From Methanobacteriota archaeon (GTDB taxonomy: Archaea; Halobacteriota; Bog-38; Methanoflorentales; Methanoflorentaceae), in contig CAVRAO010000012.1 of assembly GCA_963719035.1 (NCBI GenBank), positions 152,022 to 216,021 on the forward strand: DNA of 64,000 nt, written 5' to 3'. The notes below the pieces were generated by a model. The model saw nothing but the letters and a program-made list of their open reading frames with translations. It ran no database searches and had not been told where the DNA came from. Each line of letters opens with the position of its first letter. Within the stretch, counting starts at the first letter, position 1. A program made the position numbers and the translations under genes. This document shows positions 26,746 through 36,578 of this stretch, piece by piece.

Positions 26746-28131
26746 CTATATCCCCCCGACGACAACATTGCTGACCCGCATATAGGCCCCACCTGTGGTG
26801 TTCGGAGTCATTTGTCCGCCTTTTCCGCACGTTCCGGGCTCGAACGTCAAAGTTTGTCCTATGGCGCTGATATTATGAAGAACCTCGAGAGTCATCGCGC
26901 TCAGTGCGGCGTCTCTCAAATGATCCTGTAGTTCGCCGTGTTCGACGACGTACGCCTCTCTGCTTTTAAACGTTAGCATCCCTGTTGTAGGAGTTGTGTA
27001 GCCATATTGCCAACCGACAAAGTATATCCCACTAAACCCGTCGAGTAGTTCCTCGAACGTATAGCCCCCAGGCTCAAAGAAGGTGTTACTCATCCGAACG
27101 ATGGGCGGATCGTCATATCGCTGGGCACGCGCGCTACCGTTCGATCCTAAGCCAAGGCGCGACCCAGTCTCGACATCCGTGAGGTAGCTCTGTAGAATCC
27201 CGCGCTCCATAAGCATCTTCCGCCGCGTCCGTACACCCTCATCATCGTAGGCCAAGTAGCCATAGCTCTGCAAACTCGGATCGTCAACAATCGTAACCGC
27301 ATCAGAGCCAATCCTCTGCGTAAGCTTGCCGGCGAGGATGGACGTACCCGAAATGATCGCATCAGCTTCGGCAGCATGTCCGAATGCCTCGTGTGCAAAA
27401 ACACCTGACAGCGACGGATCGAGCATGGCTTCGAACTGTCCAGATGGTGCCGGTTTTGCATCGAGAAGCGAAACTGCCTGTGATGCTGCAATTCGACCGA
27501 TGTCCGCGTCGTTTGAAAACAGCTCAAATCCCTTTGAGTCGCCTCTCGCCTTATAGCCAGATTGCCGAAGTGCGCCTTCTTTGGCGAAGATCATGGCACG
27601 CGCGATCGATCGTACCACGGTCTCATCGATGTAAGTTCCCTCAGAATTTGCGATTACCTTCCGCAGCACAAGGTCACTGTAGCCGATCTCTGTACTGTTG
27701 ACGCGGTCATCTGTTTCTTTAGCTTCTTGCTCTTGGTGGAGCACATAGTTGAGCTTGTCTGCGATCGAGACGTGGGTCGGTAGCCGCTGTACGGTTGGTG
27801 TCACAGTGTCTTCAAACACCGGCACATCGATTGAAAACTTTTCAGCGCGCGCAAATACAGCTTTAGCTAGACTAACTGCGCGTTCAGCGCAGTTTACCAG
27901 CCCTTTTCGATCCACTTGTGTGGTATACGCAAACCCCCACGCGCCGTCTAAAAAAGCTCTTATTCCAGCTCCGAGCTCATTAGAGCTTTTTATCTTCGTA
28001 ATTCCGTCTTTCGTTGAGATGGATGTGCCTTCGGAGCTTTCGAGTCTAATATCGGCAAATTGGGCCCCACGAGCACGTGCATTGCTGAGGGCGTCTTCAA
28101 CGTCTGCCCGCTTTTCGCTTAGTTCTTGCAT
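26746..28131 (-). CDS. tldD: Metalloprotease TldD
   Basis: 461 aa with the HEAFGHAAE zinc motif. Confidence 0.88.
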   Translation of the reverse strand: MQELSEKRADVEDALSNARARGAQFADIRLESSEGTSISTKDGITKIKSSNELGAGIRAFLDGAWGFAYTTQVDRKGLVNCAERAVSLAKAVFARAEKFSIDVPVFEDTVTPTVQRLPTHVSIADKLNYVLHQEQEAKETDDRVNSTEIGYSDLVLRKVIANSEGTYIDETVVRSIARAMIFAKEGALRQSGYKARGDSKGFELFSNDADIGRIAASQAVSLLDAKPAPSGQFEAMLDPSLSGVFAHEAFGHAAEADAIISGTSILAGKLTQRIGSDAVTIVDDPSLQSYGYLAYDDEGVRTRRKMLMERGILQSYLTDVETGSRLGLGSNGSARAQRYDDPPIVRMSNTFFEPGGYTFEELLDGFSGIYFVGWQYGYTTPTTGMLTFKSREAYVVEHGELQDHLRDAALSAMTLEVLHNISAIGQTLTFEPGTCGKGGQMTPNTTGGAYMRVSNVVVGGI

Positions 28132-28378
28132 CAGCGATTACATCTCCGTACGACTAACATTGAGCTTGGATAAATGGTTTTCCACGAGACGTTAGGCCCG
28201 CCAATGTCATCTCTAAGCCTTAGCCCTCGATTCTCAGCACGCTGCTCAGATCTATTAATCAAGGCACCGTGGACGCGTAGTTTATAAAGACTAACGTCTA
28301 CCTGATTACAGGAAACAAAGCTGGTCAAACGTCAAACGAGGTGTTTATCTGATCCAAGAACAACCGAGTAAGGTAAGA

Positions 28379-28633
28379 TTGCCTAGAAAAAATAGCAACG
28401 AAATCTTTGGGACGGTCGAAAAGATGCTCGGTGGAAGCCGAATTACAGTTCGTTCTCAAGACGGAAAAACTCGCATGGGGCGAATTCCCGGGAAAATGAA
28501 AAGGAGAGTGTGGCTCCGTGTGGGCGATGTAATTATTATCAGACCGTGGAGCATCCAAGATGAAAAGGCGGACGTTGTGTGGCGGTATCTTCCCCCACAA
28601 GCTGACTGGTTGAGAAGAAAAGGATACATTTAA
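28379..28633 (+). CDS. eif1a: Translation initiation factor aIF-1A
   Basis: GRIPGKMKRRVWLRVGDVIIIRPWSIQDEKADVVWRY is the S1-like aIF-1A core. TTG start. Confidence 0.85.
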   Translation: MPRKNSNEIFGTVEKMLGGSRITVRSQDGKTRMGRIPGKMKRRVWLRVGDVIIIRPWSIQDEKADVVWRYLPPQADWLRRKGYI

Positions 28634-28720
28634 CCGCTCTACACGTTCCTACGCATATCTTTTTATTCTTGAATTGTTTTTCGTTGAGTTTTTGTTTGGA
28701 GCTATGACGTTAACTTAGCA

Positions 28721-29932
28721 ATGAAAACAAGATCCGATGAATATGACGTTATAGTAGTAGGGGCGGGCCCAGCAGGGTCTGTGGCTGCACAAAACGCAGC
28801 TGCCGACTGCGATGTCCTCTTAGTTGAGAAACGCCAGGAGATCGGCTCGCCTGTAAGGTGTGCAGAAGGCGTGCCCCTGATAGAAACGCCATTCGTTTTT
28901 CACACGTCATTCGAAAAATATGTAAAACCTGACAAGAAGTGGGTCGCGAGCGAAGTGAGGGGAGTCTGCGCCAACGCCCCGGATGGAACAACAGTTGAAG
29001 TTTCGGGGGAGATGCTTGGCGTGGATGGGCCGCTTGGCTTTGTATTGGAGCGCAAGCTCTTCGATAGACAGCTTGCGAAAGACGCCGCTCGTGCTGGGGC
29101 GCAGGTTATGGTGCGCACCCGCGCAACGGGGCTCATTTTGGAGGATGGCGCAGTAAGGGGCGTTAAACTCAACCGCTTGGGGGAGGACTTTGAGGCTCGC
29201 GCTCAGGTGGTTATAGGTGCCGATGGCATTGAATCGCAGGTGGGTAGGTGGGGCGGCATAGACACGACGCTTAAGCTCAAGGACATTGAGAGCTGCGCTC
29301 AATATCATATGCAAAACGTCGAACTAAAGGAGAACACGCTCGAGTTCTACTTTGGCTCGAATGTGCCAGGCGGTTACGCTTGGGGTTTTCCCAAGGGAAA
29401 CGGCGCAGGCAATATCGGACTTGGGGTGCTCGGAAGCAAGTTGAGTGGCAAGCGGCCGCTTGATTACCTCAACAACTTTGTCTCGCAGCACTTTCCAGAT
29501 GGCAAACCAGTTGAACTCGTAGTGGGGGGCTGCCCGGTTAGCGATGCGCTTTCGACCATCGTAGCAGATGGACTCATGCTCATAGGTGATGCTGCACGGC
29601 ACACTGAGCCGATCACCGGTGGAGGAATTATGGCGGCACTCCAAAGCGGGACGATCGCGGGGGTGGTCGCGAGTAAAGCCGTGCGCCAAAATGACGCCTC
29701 ATCCAAAGTACTGCGTGAGTACGAAGATGAATGGCAATCCTCGTTTGGCAAAGAGCGTAAACTGATGTACAAAGCCAAAGAGTTCGTCGTATCTCTTTCC
29801 GATGACGAAATCAACAAGATCTTTCACGCATTTACAGGAATCGCAGCTGGAGAGTTGAACCTTAAAGGCGCTGTGAGACGGTTGTTAGGATTGGATCCAC
29901 GGCTTATGCTTAAAATGCGTCAACTGCTGTGA
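28721..29932 (+). CDS. Geranylgeranyl reductase family flavoprotein (digeranylgeranylglycerophospholipid reductase-like)
   Basis: YDVIVVGAGPAGS dinucleotide-binding motif, 403 aa, with later GDAA and PITGGG motifs. Confidence 0.85.
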   Translation: MKTRSDEYDVIVVGAGPAGSVAAQNAAADCDVLLVEKRQEIGSPVRCAEGVPLIETPFVFHTSFEKYVKPDKKWVASEVRGVCANAPDGTTVEVSGEMLGVDGPLGFVLERKLFDRQLAKDAARAGAQVMVRTRATGLILEDGAVRGVKLNRLGEDFEARAQVVIGADGIESQVGRWGGIDTTLKLKDIESCAQYHMQNVELKENTLEFYFGSNVPGGYAWGFPKGNGAGNIGLGVLGSKLSGKRPLDYLNNFVSQHFPDGKPVELVVGGCPVSDALSTIVADGLMLIGDAARHTEPITGGGIMAALQSGTIAGVVASKAVRQNDASSKVLREYEDEWQSSFGKERKLMYKAKEFVVSLSDDEINKIFHAFTGIAAGELNLKGAVRRLLGLDPRLMLKMRQLL

Positions 29933-29957
29933 CTGTTAGGGTCTCCAACAGTTTAGC

Positions 29958-30548
29958 TTAGAGTCTCTTTACCTCTTCTGTCTTAGGCTTACGTCGAAAC
30001 AGGCGATCCCTCAATGATCGTTTCGGCGGTTCCTCATCGATCTCTGGCAGGGGTGCTTGCACTTCCTCAGCTTCTACCTCATCTTGGGTTGATTGCAAAG
30101 GTGAAGACACAGGCTGCGGTAGCAAGCGAGTAAGGGCTTCGCTTACGTCCGCGAGCCGGTCAATGACCTTGCTAGACTCACTCCCATAGAATCCTGCAAT
30201 GGTCTCATACCGTTTGATCTCATCCTCGCGCGCCAGTTTAAAGCTCTCGTACTGCGCTGTCAGCCTCTCTATCATATCCGTTTTCATGAAAAGGAGCTCT
30301 TCCTTATGATGCAGCTCCCTTTCCCGCTTTTCCAGTTCTGTTTCTAAGCGAATCACCGTGTCACGTGGCACCATTAGTGTTTCGAGGCGTTTGTCTGCAG
30401 TATGCCCATTGGCCCGTGTTGTGCCTAGATATGTGTCTAGTGCCGTAGTAACGATTTTACTCCGACTGCTATTTTCGGACCGTGCCTGCTTATCAGCAGC
30501 GGCCAAGAGCTCGTCTGAAATGGCAATAGTAACCTTGTTTAATGGCAT
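29958..30548 (-). CDS. Ribbon-helix-helix (CopG-like) N-terminal domain protein with a coiled-coil and acidic tail
   Basis: MPLNKVTIAISDELLAAADKQARSENSSRSKIVTTALDTYLG fits the RHH beta-alpha-alpha pattern. The remainder is heptad-like and low complexity. Confidence 0.55.
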   Translation of the reverse strand: MPLNKVTIAISDELLAAADKQARSENSSRSKIVTTALDTYLGTTRANGHTADKRLETLMVPRDTVIRLETELEKRERELHHKEELLFMKTDMIERLTAQYESFKLAREDEIKRYETIAGFYGSESSKVIDRLADVSEALTRLLPQPVSSPLQSTQDEVEAEEVQAPLPEIDEEPPKRSLRDRLFRRKPKTEEVKRL

Positions 30549-30591
30549 CTAACCCCTCACAATCACAATAAAAGGGCATACGCGTCGTTAG

Positions 30592-31200
30592 CTAATTAAG
30601 TCACACCATAGTATGACCGCTTCATACTTGAGTTTATTGTGGGTCAACGGAGTTTTCCACTAAATGATTCGCACTATTTCCGATGCAAATTCCAAAACTT
30701 ATTTTTTAAAAAAAGCTATTTTAGTGGCCTAAACGCCAAAATAACGAAAAAAAAAGCTATTTGCTAAATCTAAATCGCTTGATTACCCTTTTGAACAAAC
30801 GGGACGCTTAAATAGCGTCGTTGCTACCGCTCGCTGCTTCAAGCTAAAACGGCAGTCGAAATGGAGCTGGAAACTATTTATAACGGTTTTAGTATCATCA
30901 GCGAAATGAAATTCTTTCTGTTGGGCCCAAGAAACGAGATTGAGTCGTAAATACGGCCAGAATGTGCTTTAATTGTCAAAATAAAAATCTTAGCGCAATC
31001 GAATACCCCTATTTCGAGTCCAGATTTCAAAAAGAAGGATAAAATAGAAACGAAATCGTTAAATATTATCAAAGTGAGGTTTATTGTGTCGATGCAGCGG
31101 GAGCCGGGCCGCGCCTAAAGGCCCTACCTCAAAACGCGCTCTTTTCGTTTGGCGGGCCCGTGCTCCACGTTGGTCGTCGCATGTTTTCGATATTTTCTCT
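30592..31200 (+). repeat. Non-coding module, copy A (paralog of 56190-56790)
   Basis: Collinear conserved islands shared with copy B at a nearly constant offset (25599-25603). There are stops in all frames. Confidence 0.6.
31099..31166 (+). ncRNA. Candidate structured small RNA, copy A (unknown family)
   Basis: GGGAGCCGGGCC...GGCCCGUGCUCC forms a long closing helix. The TATA-like TTAAATAT at 31059-31066 lies 37 nt upstream. T-runs follow at 31184-31196. Conserved with 56702-56771. Confidence 0.35.
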
Positions 31201-31248
31201 TCTTTCCTTTCGTTATACTTTTCGATTTGTTACAGTGAGTTCTATGTG

Positions 31249-31791
31249 CTAACGACGATTCCAAAATCGCGAAAAGGTGCTCTGCGATCGAGGTGATTCT
31301 TCAAAACTGTGCATAAAAAAAAGCTTAAAGTACGAGCCGTCTATTTTTTTTCTCATGATTACCTTGAACCCTAGCCTTTCATACATAGCTAGAGCTGCTT
31401 CATTGGTCTCCCACGTAGTGATGAGTGATGCGTCCATTCCATCTTGGAAGAGCTTTGACATCGCGAATTGTACCAATTTTATTCCAATACCGATTCGTCG
31501 AAACTCAGGGAGCACTGCGAGCGTTTCTATGAGACCGAGTTGTGGGCGTCTGTAGTTATAGATGACAGCTACGACGCCAATGACTCTCTCGCCGTCCACT
31601 GCCTTGATCCAACCCCGCCGCCTATCGTTTAAGATCCGTGTTATTTTGACGCGCAAATTCTCACCGTCGGTAAGCGGCGGCACAAACTCGTTATTGACGA
31701 CGTTGAGCAGGTTGAGGATGTCGTTAAAGTCGTTCCAGTTCGCTTCACAAATTGTGAACGTCTCGAGCGGTTCCAGCAATCGCATTACCAT
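31249..31791 (-). CDS. GNAT-family N-acetyltransferase
   Basis: 180 aa with the acetyl-CoA motif A: LAVLPEFRRIGIGIKLV. Confidence 0.85.
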   Translation of the reverse strand: MVMRLLEPLETFTICEANWNDFNDILNLLNVVNNEFVPPLTDGENLRVKITRILNDRRRGWIKAVDGERVIGVVAVIYNYRRPQLGLIETLAVLPEFRRIGIGIKLVQFAMSKLFQDGMDASLITTWETNEAALAMYERLGFKVIMRKKIDGSYFKLFFMHSFEESPRSQSTFSRFWNRR

Positions 31792-31815
31792 CCATTATCG
31801 TTGTTATCGGTACTA

Positions 31816-32478
31816 CTAGCACAGGAGGAGGAGAGCATTCAACACGACTCGATCAGAGGCAGCCTCTTCAAAGGGTAAGCCGGCTTTGCGCGCCGTCTCG
31901 CCCACGTCGATTCCCATCGCTTCCATCGATGGTCTTGCCTTATACGGGTTGCGGCAGCGATTCCCGACACCAGCACATGTTTCACATAAAGTACATTTCC
32001 CGGCCGAAAACGCTGTGGCGTATTTGAAGCCCTTTTTAAACGCCGTAGCCTCGAGACGCTCGGCGATCGACTCGAGCGTGTTCTTAGCCACCAAATACGT
32101 CTTATCCCACCCTTTGAGGTATGTCTCATCATTGTAGAGAGCTGCAAGATCATCTGCCGCGTGGATTCGCGCGAGCATCCAGTCAGGCACGTCGTACCCA
32201 ATCTGGATGAGCAGCGCCTTTTTAAATCGCGCGAGGACACTCCTAAACTCATCAAGGGGCATTACGGTAGGGGGGCACATGAGGGAAACGCCGTAATTCC
32301 TACACACTGGTACACAGCATTTGAGTCGGACCCGTTCATCTACTACGACGTCCTTCGCGTCGAATACTCGAGCTGCAGTCGCGCCGAGTTCGCCAGCCGT
32401 TTTTAGAAACTCGCGAAATTGTGTATCGTTATCACAGATTGCATCCATCACTAACCGGTTAGCACATAGCGATCGCAA
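31816..32478 (-). CDS. DUF2284-like metal-binding (Cys-rich) protein
   Basis: LKCCVPVCRNYGVSLMCPP plus GKCTLCETC. The start is either TTG at 32478 or ATG at 32448. Confidence 0.65.
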   Translation of the reverse strand: MRSLCANRLVMDAICDNDTQFREFLKTAGELGATAARVFDAKDVVVDERVRLKCCVPVCRNYGVSLMCPPTVMPLDEFRSVLARFKKALLIQIGYDVPDWMLARIHAADDLAALYNDETYLKGWDKTYLVAKNTLESIAERLEATAFKKGFKYATAFSAGKCTLCETCAGVGNRCRNPYKARPSMEAMGIDVGETARKAGLPFEEAASDRVVLNALLLLC

Positions 32479-32691
32479 CTATAAGAAAGTTGTCCGGAAT
32501 GAAACTCGAGTTCGTTGGCTCGCTTGCCCCCCCCTCTTGGTCTTTTTGCAGCCCAGAAAATGAACTGCAAGTGAATATGACTTCAATGCCACCCCCGTTA
32601 TGAGGCACGCACACGTCTTAAACTTTCAAGAGTAAGGAAGTTGCAGTTCGCTTTTTTACACTAATTGACGACCCGTGAATCACATCGGTAG

Positions 32692-33825
32692 TTATACAAG
32701 TGTAAGTTCGACAGCTCGCGGGTTCTGTAACTCCTTCAGTTCTTTGACTAAGATGGCGTGAGCGTCCTGCAAGGCGTCTAAATCGGCAATGTGCGTTTTT
32801 TGTTGAACCTTCTCAAGGTGTTCCCGATTTACTAAGGTCGTGGCGCGTATCCTTTCATAGTCCCCGGAAGTCACGAGCTTCTGAATCTCCCTTAAGGAGG
32901 TAAGTAGGGTAGTCGCCGCGCCTAATTTCGACAAGAAGGCGATAATCCTAGGAATCTTGACGGCAAGTGACACGTCAGGCTCGTCGAGAGAGATTTTGAG
33001 AGCTTCACGTCGCTTGATATCAACAAGCAACTCAAGCCAGACGATGTTTGACTCCAAGACCTGCCTGAATCCCGTTGGATCTCCAACGTAGTGCGAAAGC
33101 TTGCTATCTGAGTACTTGGCATATTCGATGAATCGGTAGAGGGGGAGCGAAGCGAATCCCTCGCTTACCACAAAAGATAGCAGCCCCTCAGCGTTTTTAT
33201 AGCTCGGTGGCTGCGGGAAATTCAGTTCAGGGTGGTAGCTCGCATCAAGGCTTACCCTGAGGACGTCTGTGAGGGGGGCCTCTTTGAAGGACGTCTCCAA
33301 GAATGTGCCGACGCTGTCGTTATAAGCGGCAATTTTTTCTTTCAACGAGACAAGTTCATCAAGTGATGTGACATCAATTTTCTGCAAAGACTCATAGTAC
33401 GCAGTCTTCTCTTGGATCTCCGCTTCTAGAGCTTCACAACGAGCGCGTACTTCGATATAGCTCTTCTTGTATTCGTCAAACAGTGAACGCTGCTCTGTCA
33501 AAAGCCCTATAACAGTAATCCGGTCAAGCTCTTTCGTTGCTGTTTCAAACCTACGTTTCTTGAGAGCAGCGAGAGCTTTGTCAAATCGCTCCGTGTAGTC
33601 AAGTAAGTCGTCGTCGTGCGCTTTTCCGATGCGGCGAGCGACTCGTTCTAAGCGTTTGGTCAGGTCAAGATGCACTCGAAATGTATCAGAGGTATCCTCA
33701 AATTCTTTTATAAGCCTTCTTAGTTCTTGATTGAAACGTTCTACTAGTTCAAGTCGGTCGCGCCCAGCCTCACGTATTCGGTCATTGATCGCGCCGATTT
33801 CCACGAGAAGGTCAAGGGGTTCCAA
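32692..33825 (-). CDS. Hypothetical coiled-coil protein (377 aa)
   Basis: Long ORF 19 nt downstream of mptA on the same strand. The N-terminal half is heptad-rich. No motif recognised. Confidence 0.6.
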   Translation of the reverse strand: MEPLDLLVEIGAINDRIREAGRDRLELVERFNQELRRLIKEFEDTSDTFRVHLDLTKRLERVARRIGKAHDDDLLDYTERFDKALAALKKRRFETATKELDRITVIGLLTEQRSLFDEYKKSYIEVRARCEALEAEIQEKTAYYESLQKIDVTSLDELVSLKEKIAAYNDSVGTFLETSFKEAPLTDVLRVSLDASYHPELNFPQPPSYKNAEGLLSFVVSEGFASLPLYRFIEYAKYSDSKLSHYVGDPTGFRQVLESNIVWLELLVDIKRREALKISLDEPDVSLAVKIPRIIAFLSKLGAATTLLTSLREIQKLVTSGDYERIRATTLVNREHLEKVQQKTHIADLDALQDAHAILVKELKELQNPRAVELTLV

Positions 33826-33844
33826 TCAAAGTCCATCTGGCAGT

Positions 33845-34819
33845 TTAAGTCTCGCAAAATGCTTTGGCTTCAACTTCGTTTTCGAGTGCAAGCTCTTGGC
33901 GAAGCTCCTCGAGCGATGCCACACGTTCGGCAAAGGCGTTATGACGGTGAATGCTTTCTTCATTGAGCTGTTTTATAGTGATAATCGAGTCGTCAGGCAA
34001 GTAAGGAAATGCCTCGACTACTTTGTGGGCCATAACCCGAACACAGTCCTCGACGAACTTGGGGTTCTTGTGAGCAGTTTCAACGACGACAGCTTCGTCG
34101 GTTCGCTTGAGCAGTTCGTAAATCCTGGAGCTCATCGACTGTTCGACGATTTCGATAATCGTATCGAGTGGCACCTCGTAGCCCGTGCCGACCTCGATAG
34201 AGATTGTCCCCCGTCCTCGCTGGTTATGGGTTGCAAGCGGGATATCCCGCAGAAACGCTTCAATGTCAGCAGGGGGGATGTTGAGCTCCCGTAAGCGCAT
34301 CTCAACCAACTCTCGCACATGCTCTTGGGCGCAGGGACACGCGGTCATTCCAACGACCTCAGCCCCGATCATCCTTCGCGTCTTGTGTTGCTTGTCACCT
34401 GTGCGATACGTCGTTGTCTCGGCGAAGATGTTGGTAATCTCTTGGGTCGTGATACCAGTGCTTGGGGTCTCCCGTTTGACCATATATTCGCTACGCATGC
34501 GAACTTCAGCGCGTGACGCGTACTCGTGTCGATCGAGCAGCTTCTCAGCGACGTCCCCGCAAAACTGCTCTATTTCGTAAACAGGGGCGTTCAGTGCTTC
34601 TTCCAACGCCTCGTCCATGACTTCAAAGTTCCTGCTTAAGTTGGCGCCTTTACGATCTGATGGCAGGTCGACGAATAAGTCGAACTCAGAGACTAAGATG
34701 ATCGGGCGCTTATCACGTCGCGTAACCTTTATCAACTTCTTGACGTTAGTCACGCCGACTCGTGTAAGGTTTATAGAGAATTCCGGTTTATTTGCCTGTA
34801 CGTCAACTTGTGCGTCCAT
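33845..34819 (-). CDS. mptA: GTP cyclohydrolase MptA (FolE2/MptA family)
   Basis: 324 aa. N-terminal ...[26 protein letters not shown] and the [10 protein letters not shown] metal-site motif. Confidence 0.8.
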   Translation of the reverse strand: MDAQVDVQANKPEFSINLTRVGVTNVKKLIKVTRRDKRPIILVSEFDLFVDLPSDRKGANLSRNFEVMDEALEEALNAPVYEIEQFCGDVAEKLLDRHEYASRAEVRMRSEYMVKRETPSTGITTQEITNIFAETTTYRTGDKQHKTRRMIGAEVVGMTACPCAQEHVRELVEMRLRELNIPPADIEAFLRDIPLATHNQRGRGTISIEVGTGYEVPLDTIIEIVEQSMSSRIYELLKRTDEAVVVETAHKNPKFVEDCVRVMAHKVVEAFPYLPDDSIITIKQLNEESIHRHNAFAERVASLEELRQELALENEVEAKAFCET

Positions 34820-34942
34820 TGTGCCCTCTGTTTCTTTTTACTACGAAATAATGCTTTTCATAAACCTTTAAATAGAGACCGTCAATCAAACGGCGAACTG
34901 TCTTCACACGCGCGCACGGCGCTTCCTGTCTTTTTGCCGGAG

Positions 34943-36133
34943 CTATGAACCGGTTTTCGCAATCCCGAGCTTGATCATCGGTTTGATGAGCTTCAACAAA
35001 CGAGGTGCTTTCGTGCTAAACAACAACTTGCGAAGGACGATAGAAGGATGATCCATGTCACCGTACCTCGAAATGATGTCCAACATCTGTTCATCGTCGA
35101 GGGCCCCGATAACGTAGTCTAGCTCTTCATCGCTGAGCTTGTTCAACCCATCGCGGATGCGTAACCCGGTCACGAGCTCGCGACCGACTTCAGACCGCCA
35201 CTGCCTGTCGTACGCCATGAGAGTGCTCTTTGAAGTGTCGCTCTGCGTCACCGCTTGTCCGGCTACTGCACCTGCGATTTTTGCGCACAGCGTGCCAGTA
35301 TAGACCCCTCCCCCGCTTGTCGGTTTGACTTGGCCTGCAGCATCTCCGACGATCAATATGCCGTCTGTGACCGTACACGCAGGCGGCCCGAGCGGTATGG
35401 CCCCCGCCGAAAACCGCACCATTGAGGCCGCAGAGCGCGGAGAAATGTGCCCTATAAGCGAATTAAGAAGCTCAATTGATCGTTCGGACGAGCAGAGCCC
35501 GATCCTGACCGTGCCCCATCCTGTAGGGATCGCCCAAGCGAAGAAGCCAGGGGCTGCATGTTGTCCGACGTAAAGCTCAACGAAATCCGAGTCGACGATG
35601 TCGGTATAAACTTCTGCTTGCGCGCACGTGAGCACCGATTGCACACGGTCTAATCCTGCGAGCCTCCCCACGGCGCTTTGTACACCATCGGCTCCGATGA
35701 GCACAGACGTCTCTATCTCAATCGGCTCTCCGTGGCTAATCGCTGTGACGAAAAGCTGAGTCCCTTTCCGTCGAAGACCGTTGAATCGCGTTTTGACAAG
35801 CGAGGCAACCCCTGATTTGAGAGCTTCTAACGCCAGTGCTCGATCGAGCTCTCCCCTGTCGACGACGTAGGCCATAGTTCGCTTGCCATCGACTCTCAAA
35901 ACGCGGCCGCCCGGTGCGTGAATATGCGCGCCGCGGATTACATGCTTGCAGAGCGTTTCCGGCAACTCACACCCCTCGTATGCTCGAGTGCTGATGAGGC
36001 CGGCGCACTGAACAGGCAGGCCGATAGTCGCGTGCTCTTCGATCATGAGCACGCGAGCGCCCGCTTTTGCGGCGTATTTTGCGGCCATTGAACCTGCAGG
36101 CCCTGCTCCGACGACAACGACATCGTACTCCAT
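34943..36133 (-). CDS. Geranylgeranyl reductase family FAD-dependent oxidoreductase (paralog)
   Basis: MEYDVVVVGAGPAGS, VGDAAGQVKPTSGGG, 396 aa. Confidence 0.8.
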   Translation of the reverse strand: MEYDVVVVGAGPAGSMAAKYAAKAGARVLMIEEHATIGLPVQCAGLISTRAYEGCELPETLCKHVIRGAHIHAPGGRVLRVDGKRTMAYVVDRGELDRALALEALKSGVASLVKTRFNGLRRKGTQLFVTAISHGEPIEIETSVLIGADGVQSAVGRLAGLDRVQSVLTCAQAEVYTDIVDSDFVELYVGQHAAPGFFAWAIPTGWGTVRIGLCSSERSIELLNSLIGHISPRSAASMVRFSAGAIPLGPPACTVTDGILIVGDAAGQVKPTSGGGVYTGTLCAKIAGAVAGQAVTQSDTSKSTLMAYDRQWRSEVGRELVTGLRIRDGLNKLSDEELDYVIGALDDEQMLDIISRYGDMDHPSIVLRKLLFSTKAPRLLKLIKPMIKLGIAKTGS

Positions 36134-36188
36134 GTTCGTAAGCGCTTACGAGTTTACTATTTATATACTAAACCAGTCTTAGGCTCTC

Positions 36189-36578
36189 GTGTCAGAGCTC
36201 ACGGGTGAAGCCCCCGCGTGGAGGAAGGACGCATGGAGTGACAAGCAATGTCTTATTATTAGATCGGACTTGAAACTGACGTCTGGAAAAGCGGCGGTTC
36301 AGCTCGCACACGCTGCGGTCGCTGCCTATGAGCGTTCAGACCGCATCACAAAGAGTCGGTGGTACAATGAGGGGCAAAAAAAAGTCGCGCTCAAGGTTCC
36401 GACGCTCAAGGAGTTGTATGAACTCAAGTCGATAGCAGAGGCGCGTGGTCTGGTCACGGCACTTGTTGTCGATGCCGGGCTTACTGAAGTACCGCCTGGA
36501 ACCGTTACCGCTCTTGGCATAGGTCCTGAGAAAGAGGAAGAGCTCGATAAAGTAACGAGCGACCTTAAACTGCTGTAG
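36189..36578 (+). CDS. pth2: Peptidyl-tRNA hydrolase, archaeal Pth2 type
   Basis: CLIIRSDLKLTSGKAAVQLAHAAV and the C-terminal TALGIGP motif. GTG start. Confidence 0.85.
   Translation: MSELTGEAPAWRKDAWSDKQCLIIRSDLKLTSGKAAVQLAHAAVAAYERSDRITKSRWYNEGQKKVALKVPTLKELYELKSIAEARGLVTALVVDAGLTEVPPGTVTALGIGPEKEEELDKVTSDLKLL

Noticed and set aside
30650-30670. AGTGGAAAA word (reverse strand) in both non-coding modules, reminiscent of archaeal ORB / mini-ORB origin boxes
   Set aside because: Only a half-site is present, with no dyad. There is no array of repeats around an unwinding element and no orc1/cdc6 gene in the window. Two origins 25 kb apart are also unlikely.
30700-30775. Short tandem words (aaaaaaagctattt twice); the AT-rich intergenic regions in general were also screened for CRISPR-like arrays
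   Set aside because: Only two copies are present, with no regular repeat-spacer periodicity. No CRISPR-like array was found anywhere in the window.
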